A program made the translations under genes and the position numbers. Below the pieces are notes generated by a model that did no database searches, had not been told where the DNA came from, and was given only the letters and a program-made list of their open reading frames with translations. A DNA stretch of 64,000 bases from an uncultured Solirubrobacteraceae bacterium. Its GTDB lineage: Bacteria; Actinomycetota; Thermoleophilia; Solirubrobacterales; Solirubrobacteraceae. Position 1 is the first letter of the stretch. Each line of letters begins with the position of its first letter. Of this stretch, positions 49,958 to 59,249 are shown one piece after another. The stretch lies in assembly GCA_963745375.1 (NCBI GenBank), contig CAVUXA010000005.1, forward strand, positions 205,909 through 269,908. The letters run 5' to 3'.

Positions 49958-52349
49958 TCAGTGGGTGAGCGTGATCGGTGTGAGGACCGTCGTCGTGGCC
50001 GGGTTATGCGACGCGGCGTTGCGCACGATCAGTCGCAGCAGCAGGGTCACCTTGTGCAGCTTGGCCAGGCGCGCGGCTGTGCGCTTGGAGAATTGAATGT
50101 CGACGGTGTTGCGCCCGCCCTTGGTGGTGACCAGGATCGCTTTGGCGATGACCAGCTCGGCGGCCGAGCCAGCGGGCAGGTTGGTGGCCCGCGAGCCGCT
50201 GATGCCCAGTCGGTGCGCCAGGTCGGCGGCAAGCAGGACCTCGAAGTGCCCTGCTACCTGCTCGTTGACGGAGTAGCGCACCACAAGGCCGTTCTTCAGC
50301 ACACTCGAGAGACTGTGCGACAGCGCCGCAGCGAGCGCCACCGGAGCCGGCACAGCGGCTGGCGCGGGGCCCGGAGGGGTGCCACCCGGGCTGGACTGGC
50401 TTGAGCCTCCCGAGCTGCTCGAGCCTCCCGAGCTGCTCGAGCTTTCAGATTTGCTGGCGCTTTCTTCCTTTGAAGGCGGGGGCGGGCCGACGACGGTGAT
50501 CGGGTGGTTGACTGTGGCTTCGTTGCCACCGACGTCGCGAACGGTCAGCGTGATTTCGTAGGTGCCGCCGTACTTGTATGAGTGGAAGACGCTGGCGGCA
50601 CACGGACTGAGCCACGGCACTTCCGAGCAGGGCGGGGAGCCGGGCGCGAAGCCGGAGACCGCCGGGCTGCCGTCGCCGAAGTTCCAGGTGTAGGTCGCGT
50701 ACGTGAGCTTTTCGGCGCCGCCGCCGGGGAAGTCGACGGCCGCGTCCAGCGCGATGTTCGACTCCAGGCCGTTGAATCCAACAATTTCACCCGAGTTAAC
50801 CGGCGTGGGGGCGGTGAACGACGGTGCCAGGTTCGCATGGTGAATACATGCGTCGCCCGGCTGGTAAATTTTGAGAGCGGCGGCGTTGAACGCGTTGTTG
50901 AGGTAGTAGTTGCCCGTTCCGAAAATCTGGTTGGAGAGGGTGCCGGCGACGCTTTCTTCATTCGCCACCGAGGACCCCCCGGTCACTAGCCCAAACAGGT
51001 TGCGGCACTCATCGACGACCTCATTGCCTTTTTTGTCCTGCCAGGCAGTGAGCAGCGGGTCGGTGACGATGTCCTGCTGCTCGGACGCGATCTGAGTGAC
51101 GATGATGTCGGCCAGACCAACATCACAGCCGCCGTCGTAAGCGTTCGGGCAACTGGTTTGGTCGGGGGAACTGGCCTGGTTGGGCTCCTCCTGATGAGGG
51201 CCTTCAAGCCTTTCCTTCTTTTCCCGCGCTTCTTTTTCGGCTTTTACTGCCGCTTTTTCTTCTGCTTTTTCATTTGCTATGCGTGCTTCCTTTTCTGCTT
51301 TTAGTTCAGCTTCTTTTTCTTCAAGTTCTGTTTTCGTGATCAGTTTTTTTTCGAACGCCTGTTCGTACGTTGTCTTCTTCGTGTTTTCTTCTGCTTCCGC
51401 GGAGGCCCGCTTCTTCGCTTCTTCTTCCTTCCGCTTATGTTCTTCTTCTTTGACGTTAAACTTTCGCGTGCTCTTTTTCCTCAGCAATCGGTTTGCTGCT
51501 GGGATCGAAGCCCCCGTCCTGACAGTCATAGCCGGAGGTTCGATTGCCGGGAGCGAGCAACGGGTTACCGAGACTACCGGCCGTCCACGGGATCACACCG
51601 TAGAGGATCGTGTTGGCGTCGCCGGTGCTCGGATTGGTCGGCGTGACAGCCGCATGGTAGCTGCAGAAGCTTTCGGGGGAGCCGGCGTTGCTAGAGCAGT
51701 GGGAGGCCGTGTTTCCTTCGTCGGTGCAGACGGTCACACCCGGGGGTGTGAGTAGGTAGTAGATCGTACCCATGCCCTTGGGCAGTTTTTCGCGTGATAT
51801 AAATGATTCGAGTTGTGCCCGAATCTGCTTGTCGCTGAGGCATGTTATGTTTTCACCTTCGCCAAGCGGTTCTGGGTTCGTGCATCCCGCCGGCAAGGGA
51901 TACGGAGATTTATCTGCATAGGACCCGCGAAACGCGGACTTGTAGAACGCGGGCTTGTTGGTCTTGTCCGTGTACTGCGTATCGACCGCAAACACGCTGG
52001 CGAGGTCCCCGCTGGCCGTGCTCATGTTCTGGAAGAACTGATCGATCACTTCCGTCCACGGGTCGAGATAGTGGTAGTCGGGGTCCCAGAATATCGCGTA
52101 GGTCGAGTTCTGGTGAAGAACCGGGCTGCCGCTTGGGTTAGCGAACGTCTGTGGTTCCTCTCCCGGTTCGAGCAGCGTTTCGCTGTGCCGTTGCACCCCA
52201 AATTTTGTGCCGCCGACTTCGACGACGTGCGCGCTCGCGCTGGCGCAGAGCAGCGACAGCGACAGGCACAGCGCGATGAGGACGGCGAGCGGGAACGTTT
52301 GGGGGCGCGAGAGTACGCGCGGGGGAAACCTGCGAGCGGAGATGGTCAC
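49958..52349 (-). CDS. Large secreted protein with PKD domain and Lys/Glu-rich insert; frameshift near 51462
   Basis: Signal peptide; Cys-rich N-domain; WNFGDG...HSYKYGGTYEITLTV PKD motif; two ORFs joinable by removing one base. Confidence 0.75.
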
Positions 52350-52562
52350 GAGGCACTCATCGGCAGGCGGGCATGGTTGCCTTAGCGCCGCTCGCGTTAG
52401 CCGCCAAATCGGTCTGCTAGCGAACCGCCCGTGTCGACGGGGCCAGCGCAACACCCGCTAGTGGGTCGTCCATGATTGTTCGACCGGACTTGCACTCCCG
52501 AATCCCTGTGCCAGAACGGGCTATTGGTCTCGGTTTCGGGTGCAACGTTTATGGATGACCCA

Positions 52563-53369
52563 CTAGCGCGTGTGGCCGGCCGACGCGCGCCTGGCCCGCG
52601 CCGCGGCTGCCCGCCTGGCCTCGTAGGCAGACAGCGCGGTGGTGTACGCGGAGCTCAGGTTGGCGAGTGCTTCGTGGGACGTCTGCCCGAACGCCGGCAG
52701 GCCTTCGGGATCGGTCGCGCCGGCGGACAGCATGCCGATCTCGAGGTGCGGAGCCGACGATATGCCAACGTCGCCGCAGCCAACCTCGGCAATCGTCTGC
52801 CCGGCACTGACGCGGGTGCCTACGGGCACCATGTCGGGAGACGCGTGGCCGTAGTAGATCAGACGGCCCGTGTCCGGCCCGCTTTCGACGAGTAGCACGG
52901 GCGCCCACTGGCCGAAGCCTTCCAGGCCCTCGTGGACGATCGTGCCGCTCGCCACCGCCAGCTCGCGCAGGTGCGAGCCGCACTGGTTGGCGCTGCCGCC
53001 CAGGTCCACGCCCTGATCGAGCGTCCAGCGGCCTTTGGATGCGACGCTGGAGACCGGGTAAAGGGGGAATACCCAGCCGCTGGGGCTGATCGGGTAGGGA
53101 CTGCCTGCGAACGGAGGCGCGGAGGGGATCGCCACTCCGCCTGTGGCTGAGCCGCCCGTCGCGCCCACACCGGTCGTTTCAGCAGTACCCACGGGAGCCC
53201 CAGACACAGGCGGGCTTGCAGGTGCGGTCGGCGTGACCGGCGCGGGCGCAGGTGCCGGCGCGGTGCCTCCCGTGATCGCCGCCGTCGCGCCGTGGGCCAT
53301 GGCCGCGCAGAGGGCCAGCAGGGGCAGTATGAGCATGGCCGCAGTCCTCGCAAGGCGTGAGCGCAACAA
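52563..53369 (-). CDS. M23 family peptidase, secreted
   Basis: Signal peptide; QGVDL, YYGH, PHLE; first Zn-ligand His not evident. Confidence 0.8.
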   Translation of the reverse strand: MLRSRLARTAAMLILPLLALCAAMAHGATAAITGGTAPAPAPAPVTPTAPASPPVSGAPVGTAETTGVGATGGSATGGVAIPSAPPFAGSPYPISPSGWVFPLYPVSSVASKGRWTLDQGVDLGGSANQCGSHLRELAVASGTIVHEGLEGFGQWAPVLLVESGPDTGRLIYYGHASPDMVPVGTRVSAGQTIAEVGCGDVGISSAPHLEIGMLSAGATDPEGLPAFGQTSHEALANLSSAYTTALSAYEARRAAAARARRASAGHTR

Positions 53370-53383
53370 TCGTCCTCTCGTGG

Positions 53384-53500
53384 TCGGCCGGCGGGGTTAG
53401 CTGACGGGCTGGCGCATCGCGCCTCCCGTGGATCACCACGGAATTCGCCCCAAACGTCTCGGTTCCCCCGCTCTCGGGCACATGTCCGAGATTAGGCGCG
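53384..53500 (-). promoter_or_regulatory. c-di-AMP (ydaO/yuaA) riboswitch
   Basis: Minus strand reads GAGCGGGGGAACC...TTTGGGGCGAAT...GCCCGTCAGCTAACC, directly upstream of a cell-wall hydrolase gene. Confidence 0.9.
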
Positions 53501-53640
53501 CCGGAGACTAGCGCACTGCGGGGATCGACACGCCGGGAAGCGCGGCTGGATGCCAGCGCTGCGACGTCGCCGGGCCACCTGCCACTGAGCGCGTGGTTTA
53601 TGTCAACCAACCGGCCTGCGCGCCAGGGCAGTTCTGCACG

Positions 53641-53683
53641 ATGGGCGATCCTGGACTCGAACCAGGGACCTCTTCCTTATCAG
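53641..53683 (-). repeat. att site: duplicated 3' half of tRNA-Ile
   Basis: Identical to 58259-58301 over 43 bp, ending in the anticodon loop. Confidence 0.95.
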
Positions 53684-53787
53684 GGGACACGTCATGCTCG
53701 TTGAAATGCCAGTATCGCCAGTGTTCGTGCGGGATTCTAGCCTCGATCATGACCCATGGATGCGCCCGGATTGGCGGCGATCGGATG

Positions 53788-53824
53788 GGGTTTGGGCAGC
53801 AGAAACCCGCTGCTGCCCAAACCC
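53788..53824. repeat. 15-bp perfect inverted repeat containing TGGGCAGC-N11-GCTGCCCA
   Basis: GGGTTTGGGCAGCAG-aaacccg-CTGCTGCCCAAACCC; same core and spacing as 101-129. Confidence 0.75.
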
Positions 53825-53834
53825 TACGTGCTCC

Positions 53835-54260
53835 TCATGCGCCTCTCGACTGGGCGTCTTCGTCGCCGTCAAGTAGGCCATCGACCCACGCGCGGACATG
53901 CACGACCGTCTGACAGGCTGTTGTGCGATCGAGGCGTTCGTCGAGGATGTCCTCGTAACGGAACTCGACTGCCCACGGGACGAGAGCGCGCGCATCGCTG
54001 GCCGAGGCCGGCGGAGATAGGCCCGCATCTCCAAGTTGCGCAATCAGCTCGCCGAGGTCGTGGATCCGAGGCGGCGTGACGCCGGCATACGCAAGAGCCG
54101 CCTTGAGCAGCTTCTCAAGGGCCTGCTGCGCATGGAAGCCGATGAGATCGTCGGGTACGTCGGGATCGTTGGCGAGCTTTTCGAGCGCGATCTCGTCGCT
54201 GCGAGCCTTGCGCGCGAATCGGGCGGCAAGATCACGGACGTCATGTTTCGGCGAGGACAC
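53835..54260 (-). CDS. HEPN domain protein
   Basis: FHAQQALEKLLKA...PRIHDL...FRY. Confidence 0.88.
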   Translation of the reverse strand: MSSPKHDVRDLAARFARKARSDEIALEKLANDPDVPDDLIGFHAQQALEKLLKAALAYAGVTPPRIHDLGELIAQLGDAGLSPPASASDARALVPWAVEFRYEDILDERLDRTTACQTVVHVRAWVDGLLDGDEDAQSRGA

Positions 54261-54558
54261 GTCCCTCCGTCAGCGCATCGTGGAGCATCGTCCCAGGAAC
54301 GTCGCCCCATTCCTCCACGTACTCGCGCGGGACCACCACAACGTCGGCAGCCACCCTGAGCGGATCGAGAGCGGTCCGCAGACGCACCATCTCCTTTGCC
54401 TTACTTGCAACAGATGGCTCGATTACGAGGAAGTCGAAGTCGCTGTCGGCCGTCGCGTCCCCGCGGCCATGCGATCCAAAGAGGATCACCTTCGACTGGG
54501 CAGGCACCGCATCGGCCAGAAGGCGACCGGCACGTTCAACGATCTCGGACGTCGTCAT
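54241..54558 (-). CDS. Minimal nucleotidyltransferase (MNT), HEPN partner
   Basis: ILFGSHGRGDA..DSDFDFLV; C-terminal EGRVL; overlaps the HEPN start. Confidence 0.9.
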   Translation of the reverse strand: MTTSEIVERAGRLLADAVPAQSKVILFGSHGRGDATADSDFDFLVIEPSVASKAKEMVRLRTALDPLRVAADVVVVPREYVEEWGDVPGTMLHDALTEGRVLAET

Positions 54559-54890
54559 TGCATCGAAGCTACCGCAGTTGGCGGCAGAGCGAGCTCTTAT
54601 GCGAAGCCACGCCTTGAATCAGGGTGCGGGCGACTGTGTCTGTGTGAGACCGTCGAGGTGAGGCGGCTGTGCTAGCCACGCAATCGGGGAAGTAATGCGC
54701 GCCTTGCTCCCGAGAGCCCTACGGAGTAGCGCTCGTGCCTCGGCTTGGGACGCTACGTCGAATCGCAAGGGCACTTCCGTTGACTTCTCGGCGAGCTGGA
54801 CGCGGTCCTTCTCGAAGGTCGGCACAACGCCAACACGGTTGAGCCGTTCGAGCTGGTCCCTGCCCCAGCGGGGTACACGAGCGAGCGCAT

Positions 54891-55022
54891 GCACTCGGGG
54901 AGTCGCCGCCCTACGTGATGGCCCGGATGGGACACACAACCCCCAACCTCACGCTAGCGATTTACGGCCGCCAGATGGACCGGCGTGACGGTGAGCCCGA
55001 GCGCCTGGCCTCTCTCGTGGAA
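54891..55022 (+). pseudogene. Tyrosine integrase C-terminal remnant
   Basis: ALGESPPYVMARMGHTTPNLTLAIY..QMDRRDG aligns with ALGVDPGSVMDQLGHTDPGFTLRVY..GMRRDG of the 1823-3190 integrase. Confidence 0.8.
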
Positions 55023-55121
55023 TCGCCGATCTCCAGCAGTCGAGCAGTTGCCAAGCACCTCAAGGGCGTCGCGAGCGGGGCCGGGCAAGCACCAATGCAG
55101 AGGGCGGCGTAGGCTCCGTCG

Positions 55122-55610
55122 ATGGCGTCCAATCCACGGCCCCGCTGCTACGTAGCCAGCCCACTAGGCTTCGATGAAGCGGGACGCTACTACTACCGAG
55201 AGGTCCTCCTTCCGGCCCTCGAACCTGTCGTTGAGCCAGTCGATCCGTGGGCGCTGACAACCGCGACCGAAGTAGACGACGCACGCGCCGCCGGTCGCCT
55301 CCGCGAGATGATGTTGGAGATCGGCCGACGCAATGTGACAGCCATGCAGGGGAGCGCGCTGCTGGTCGCATCCCTTGAGGGCCAGGAGCCCGACTCCGGC
55401 ACTGTCGCGGAGTTGGGCTACGCCGCGGGCCTCGGCAAGCGTTGCTTTGGTCTCCGCTCCGATTTGCGTCAGGCGGGTGAGGACGGTGTCGCGCTCAACC
55501 TGCAAGTCGAGACCTTCGTGGTCGATAGCGGCGGCGCGATCCTGACGACGCTCCCGGACCTTGTCGAGGCGCTACGTCGGACGATCCACGAGTCCGCCTC
55601 CGGGCCCTAG
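55122..55610 (+). CDS. Nucleoside 2-deoxyribosyltransferase / nucleotide N-glycosidase family protein
   Basis: YVASPLGF, DSGTVAELGYA (catalytic Glu), NLQV. Confidence 0.88.
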   Translation: MASNPRPRCYVASPLGFDEAGRYYYREVLLPALEPVVEPVDPWALTTATEVDDARAAGRLREMMLEIGRRNVTAMQGSALLVASLEGQEPDSGTVAELGYAAGLGKRCFGLRSDLRQAGEDGVALNLQVETFVVDSGGAILTTLPDLVEALRRTIHESASGP

Positions 55611-56986
55611 CCGACCTGGGCAGTCGCGTCCAACGTCGGGGCCGTCCAGCCCCCCGAGAGTCGGTGATGAAGCTGTATCGCCGAATCCTCAGTCAAACCA
55701 GAGAGGAGGTCCAGAACAACTCGCGCGCGGCCAGTTGAGGTCGATGCGGAGTTCACAAGTCGCTCCCGAGCGCCCGGCGGGAAGAGACGGTGATCGCCGC
55801 CGTCGACCCCACGTTGCGAACTCGCTCGAAAATAGAAGTCGAACAGATCTTCGATTACGCGACGCTGGCCGTGCTGGACGACGGCCAAGCCAGGTCTTCG
55901 CACGACATACACGTGCACGAGTTGCTTGAGGGCGGTGACCTCAAGCCGCTGTTTGGGCGCTATCTTCAGCAGGACGGTCTTTGTTGATGGATCGTCTTGA
56001 AGCGTAAATGCCTCCAAATAGCGAGTGATGAGCTTCGATGCGGACATCCGCATACGCGCTCGGGCTGACGCCGTGTGTTCGTAGGGCGCGTCCAAGCCGT
56101 AATGACTCACCACTCGCTCGATCGCGGCCACCAGAGACTCGACGCTGTCGGTCGGGAAGTTCTGAGGGCTTGCCTGCTTCGCGTCGAGCAAGAGCCGTCG
56201 GAGACGCGTCTGCTCGTTCCCGTTCCGCTCGGCGAGGCGATCGAGTGGCACGAGCCCCGCTCGAAAGAAGTCGTCGACATCGTGCACCGCATATGTAAGG
56301 TCGTCCGCCCAGTCCATGATCTCTGCGGTCAGACATCGCTCCGGGAGCGTCTCGGCAGTTTCCTCGGGCCAACCCTCGCGCACGAATGCGAACGCATCGT
56401 AGTCGTCTTCGTAATACCCCCACTTGCGCTCGCGCTTCTGACCACTGAGTGGATCGGAGGGCCAATGCCGCCACGGGTACTTGAGGAGGCCGTCGAGGGT
56501 CTGTCGCGTCAGGTCGAGGCCCGGTTCAGTGGTTCGATCGGTCCGAATCGCCAACCGCGTCGCGATCCTAAAGCTCTGCGCGTTGCCCTCGAACCCGTCT
56601 ACAACGTGCTCGGATGCCTTCTTGTGTAGCACCTCCTCGGCTATATGGCCGAAGGGCGGATGTCCGAGATCGTGCGCAAGGCAGCTAGCTTCGACCGCAT
56701 CGGGGTCAAGTGCCATCACCATCCGGGCTGCCGCTCCGGTGATCTGCTTCGACTTCGCAAGCTGCTGCAACCGTTCCGCGTTCCGTCGGCCGACTTGCGC
56801 GACCTTCAGTGAGTGGCTCAGACGGTTGTGGAAGCTGTGGCCCGACTCGGGCGCTGTCACCTGCGTGACATACGCCAGGCGTTGAAAGGCCGAGCTGTAG
56901 AGGATGCGATCGCGGTCGCGCTGAGCCCTTGTTCTAAAGCTACGTTCAGGCGTCGGTGGACGCGCAACTGTGTCGCTCAGTCGCAT
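55607..56986 (-). CDS. dGTPase-family HD dNTP triphosphohydrolase
   Basis: RDRDRILYSSAFQRL..VTQV, RLSHSLKV, HDLGHPPFGH, FEGNAQSFRI, KYP, ADDLTYAVHDVDD. Confidence 0.92.
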   Translation of the reverse strand: MRLSDTVARPPTPERSFRTRAQRDRDRILYSSAFQRLAYVTQVTAPESGHSFHNRLSHSLKVAQVGRRNAERLQQLAKSKQITGAAARMVMALDPDAVEASCLAHDLGHPPFGHIAEEVLHKKASEHVVDGFEGNAQSFRIATRLAIRTDRTTEPGLDLTRQTLDGLLKYPWRHWPSDPLSGQKRERKWGYYEDDYDAFAFVREGWPEETAETLPERCLTAEIMDWADDLTYAVHDVDDFFRAGLVPLDRLAERNGNEQTRLRRLLLDAKQASPQNFPTDSVESLVAAIERVVSHYGLDAPYEHTASARARMRMSASKLITRYLEAFTLQDDPSTKTVLLKIAPKQRLEVTALKQLVHVYVVRRPGLAVVQHGQRRVIEDLFDFYFRASSQRGVDGGDHRLFPPGARERLVNSASTSTGRARVVLDLLSGLTEDSAIQLHHRLSGGWTAPTLDATAQVG

Positions 56987-57049
56987 GGCGAGTCCGGCAC
57001 GCCGAGCAGCGCTGGGGCAGGTCAGCCGGTAGGGCGGCACCCGCTGAAG

Positions 57050-57280
57050 CTAGCCTTGCAGCCGGACGCACAACTCAGCGTTCATCCGGAACACACCCCG
57101 GTCAATGAGGTTGTCGAGTGCAATCCCCATCGCTCCGGCGCTCCAACCATTGCGCGCCCGCTGGCGCAGCTCGTAGGGGTACCACCATTTCCTGGGGTCG
57201 CTCTCGGCGACCGCGATGAGTGCCTTCTCGGCCGCCTCGACCTCCTCGGCCAGTGCAGCTGAGGTCTCATCGATGATCAT
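57050..57280 (-). CDS. Small hypothetical protein, possible winged helix
   Basis: GGAGAG RBS; ALDNLIDRGVF; co-oriented upstream of the dGTPase. Confidence 0.55.
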   Translation of the reverse strand: MIIDETSAALAEEVEAAEKALIAVAESDPRKWWYPYELRQRARNGWSAGAMGIALDNLIDRGVFRMNAELCVRLQG

Positions 57281-57520
57281 CGCACTCTCCATAGAGGACG
57301 CCACTCTAGGCGGCGAGAACCATCACCGCTAGGGGCTATTTTGCTTCCGCCGCAAGATCCGAGAAAAACGCCCTGTCGGCGTCGTGGCCTGCAGGTTGGA
57401 GTTCCGATCATGATCATAATTATGGACCTCGGTGCGGATGGAACTCTCCGGTCATTATGCCCTGGGAATTAGGCTCTAAACCCATCTGGCTTTCCCGCCA
57501 GTTTATGATCGCTGATCGTA

Positions 57521-58156
57521 ATGCCCCCGCCCGCTGAGCCACTCGACTGGTCGCACAAGGCGTGTCGCGTAATCGGCCAAGTACTTCTTTCGGCATCGTC
57601 TCGTACTCTGACAGCACCGGAGATCGCGAACGCGACGGGCCGCGCAAACGTGAAGCGCACCGCTGACGACATGGTGCACGCGGGGCTTCTTGAGCATCGA
57701 CCTCCCCCGCCGGCGGCGCCGAGCAGGCCCGGCAGACGCGCGACTGTTGCGTACCACCTTCCGCACGCGGGCGCAGACGACCTCCGCGCCGAGTTGGAGC
57801 AGCGACATCCCGTCGGGCGCGTGCAAGCGGGTCAGCAAATCGTGCTCGCCGAAGTGGGCCCGGCGCAGGTCGCGAGCCTCTTCGAGACCCTCGACGCCTC
57901 GCCCATACTCGCGAGCGCCTCTTGGTTCGCTCTCCTGGACGGCGAGCCGCAAGAGCTCGCGATCGTGTTCAGCGGCCCGGATGCAACTGCCGGCGCGCTT
58001 GATCTGATGGCTGAGTTGCGCGGCGCGCAGCTACAGGCCCGTCGGGCAGCACTTACAGGCGCCGGTCCCGTTCAGCAACTCATCGTGCGCACCAGGCAGG
58101 CAGCGCGATCAGCGCGACGCGCTCGCATGGCCCGTGCGACCCGCGAGGCTGTGTGA
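57521..58156 (+). CDS. Hypothetical protein with N-terminal winged HTH
   Basis: LTAPEIANATG...DDMVHAGLL...PGRRATVAY. Confidence 0.6.
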   Translation: MPPPAEPLDWSHKACRVIGQVLLSASSRTLTAPEIANATGRANVKRTADDMVHAGLLEHRPPPPAAPSRPGRRATVAYHLPHAGADDLRAELEQRHPVGRVQAGQQIVLAEVGPAQVASLFETLDASPILASASWFALLDGEPQELAIVFSGPDATAGALDLMAELRGAQLQARRAALTGAGPVQQLIVRTRQAARSARRARMARATREAV

Positions 58157-58176
58157 ATGGGCAGCAATGGGCAGCA
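58154..58176 (+). repeat. 23-bp tandem motif TGAATGGGCAGCAATGGGCAGCA
   Basis: Identical to 3103-3125. Confidence 0.75.
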
Positions 58177-58259
58177 ACAATGATGTTGATGTCTCCGAGT
58201 CCGCGTGGTGGCCGGCGGCGCTCGGCGAAAAACGGCTCTGTCCGGCCATGGAAGACCTA

Positions 58260-58333
<74 letters not shown>

Positions 58334-58364
58334 GCTGGCGCGATTCTAGCGGCCATATCGATAC

Positions 58365-59249
58365 CTATGCCAGCGAGCGCGGGTGGATGCTGCGTGCCAG
58401 CTCGATCGCCTCCTCGGGCGTCGAGAACGACAGCTCCGCGCGGTATCCGCCGTCGCGAGCAACCCTCACGCGCACCTCCGCCCCGAGCGCCCCCGCAAGC
58501 GCTTGCGCTATCTCGCTGGCCGCCTGCTCCTGGTCCGGATGAACCGCCCGCTTGGGTGTACCTCGAGGCGCGCGCACGTTGCTGTGGCGGGCGCGATCTT
58601 CGGTGAGCCGTACCGACCAGCCCTCCTGCGCTGCCAGCGCAGCCAGGCTTCGGCGAGCGGAGTGATCGTCGGCCAGCAACAGCGCCCTGCCATGGCCCTC
58701 GCTCAGCTGCCCCGCCTGCAAAAGCTCGATCGCCTCGTCCGGCAGGTCGAGCAGGCGGACGAGGTTGCTGACCGCCACGCGGCCGCGTCCCACGCGACGT
58801 CCTACCTGCTCGCGCGTCAACCCGAGCTCCTCCACCAGCGCCGCGCACGCACGCGCCTCCTCGATCGGGTTGAGGTCCTCGCGCGCCATGTTCTCGATCA
58901 GCGCCAACTCCAGCGCCGCCGCGTCCTCGCGCTGGCGCACGATTGCCGGGATGCTCTGCAGGCCCGCGATCTGAGCCGCTCGCCAGCGTCGCTCGCCGGC
59001 CACCAGCTCATACGTGCCGCCCGCCTTGGGACGCACGAGCACCGGCTGCAGCACGCCGCGCTCGCCCAGCGATTGCGCCAGCTGCTCCAGCGTCTGTGCG
59101 TCGAAGCGCCTACGCGGCTGCTTGGGATTTGGCGAGATCAGCGCCACCGGCAGCTCGCGCAGCTCGTCCTCGCGCGGCTCGTCGCCCTGCGCCGAAACCG
59201 ACAGGATCGCCTCTAGGCCACGCCCCATCCCCGGCCTCGGCTTAGCCAC
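58365..59249 (-). CDS. parB: Chromosome partitioning protein ParB
   Basis: GMGRGL, QPR, GVLQP, VAGERRWRA, ALIEN..REDLNPIEEA. Confidence 0.96.
   Translation of the reverse strand: MAKPRPGMGRGLEAILSVSAQGDEPREDELRELPVALISPNPKQPRRRFDAQTLEQLAQSLGERGVLQPVLVRPKAGGTYELVAGERRWRAAQIAGLQSIPAIVRQREDAAALELALIENMAREDLNPIEEARACAALVEELGLTREQVGRRVGRGRVAVSNLVRLLDLPDEAIELLQAGQLSEGHGRALLLADDHSARRSLAALAAQEGWSVRLTEDRARHSNVRAPRGTPKRAVHPDQEQAASEIAQALAGALGAEVRVRVARDGGYRAELSFSTPEEAIELARSIHPRSLA

Noticed and set aside
50403-50442. 18-bp tandem repeat, and a 24-bp repeat near 10473-10520
   Set aside because: Both are in-frame low-complexity linkers (SSSGGS; QEAPAPKA), not CRISPR or mobile repeats. No CRISPR array was seen in the window.
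53641-53683. Second tRNA-Ile gene
   Set aside because: Only the 3' 43 bp are present; it is the att duplication.
54619-54939. 106-aa minus-strand ORF in the island
   Set aside because: Its 5' end overlaps the integrase remnant and it has no recognisable motif; possibly a fragment, so not called.
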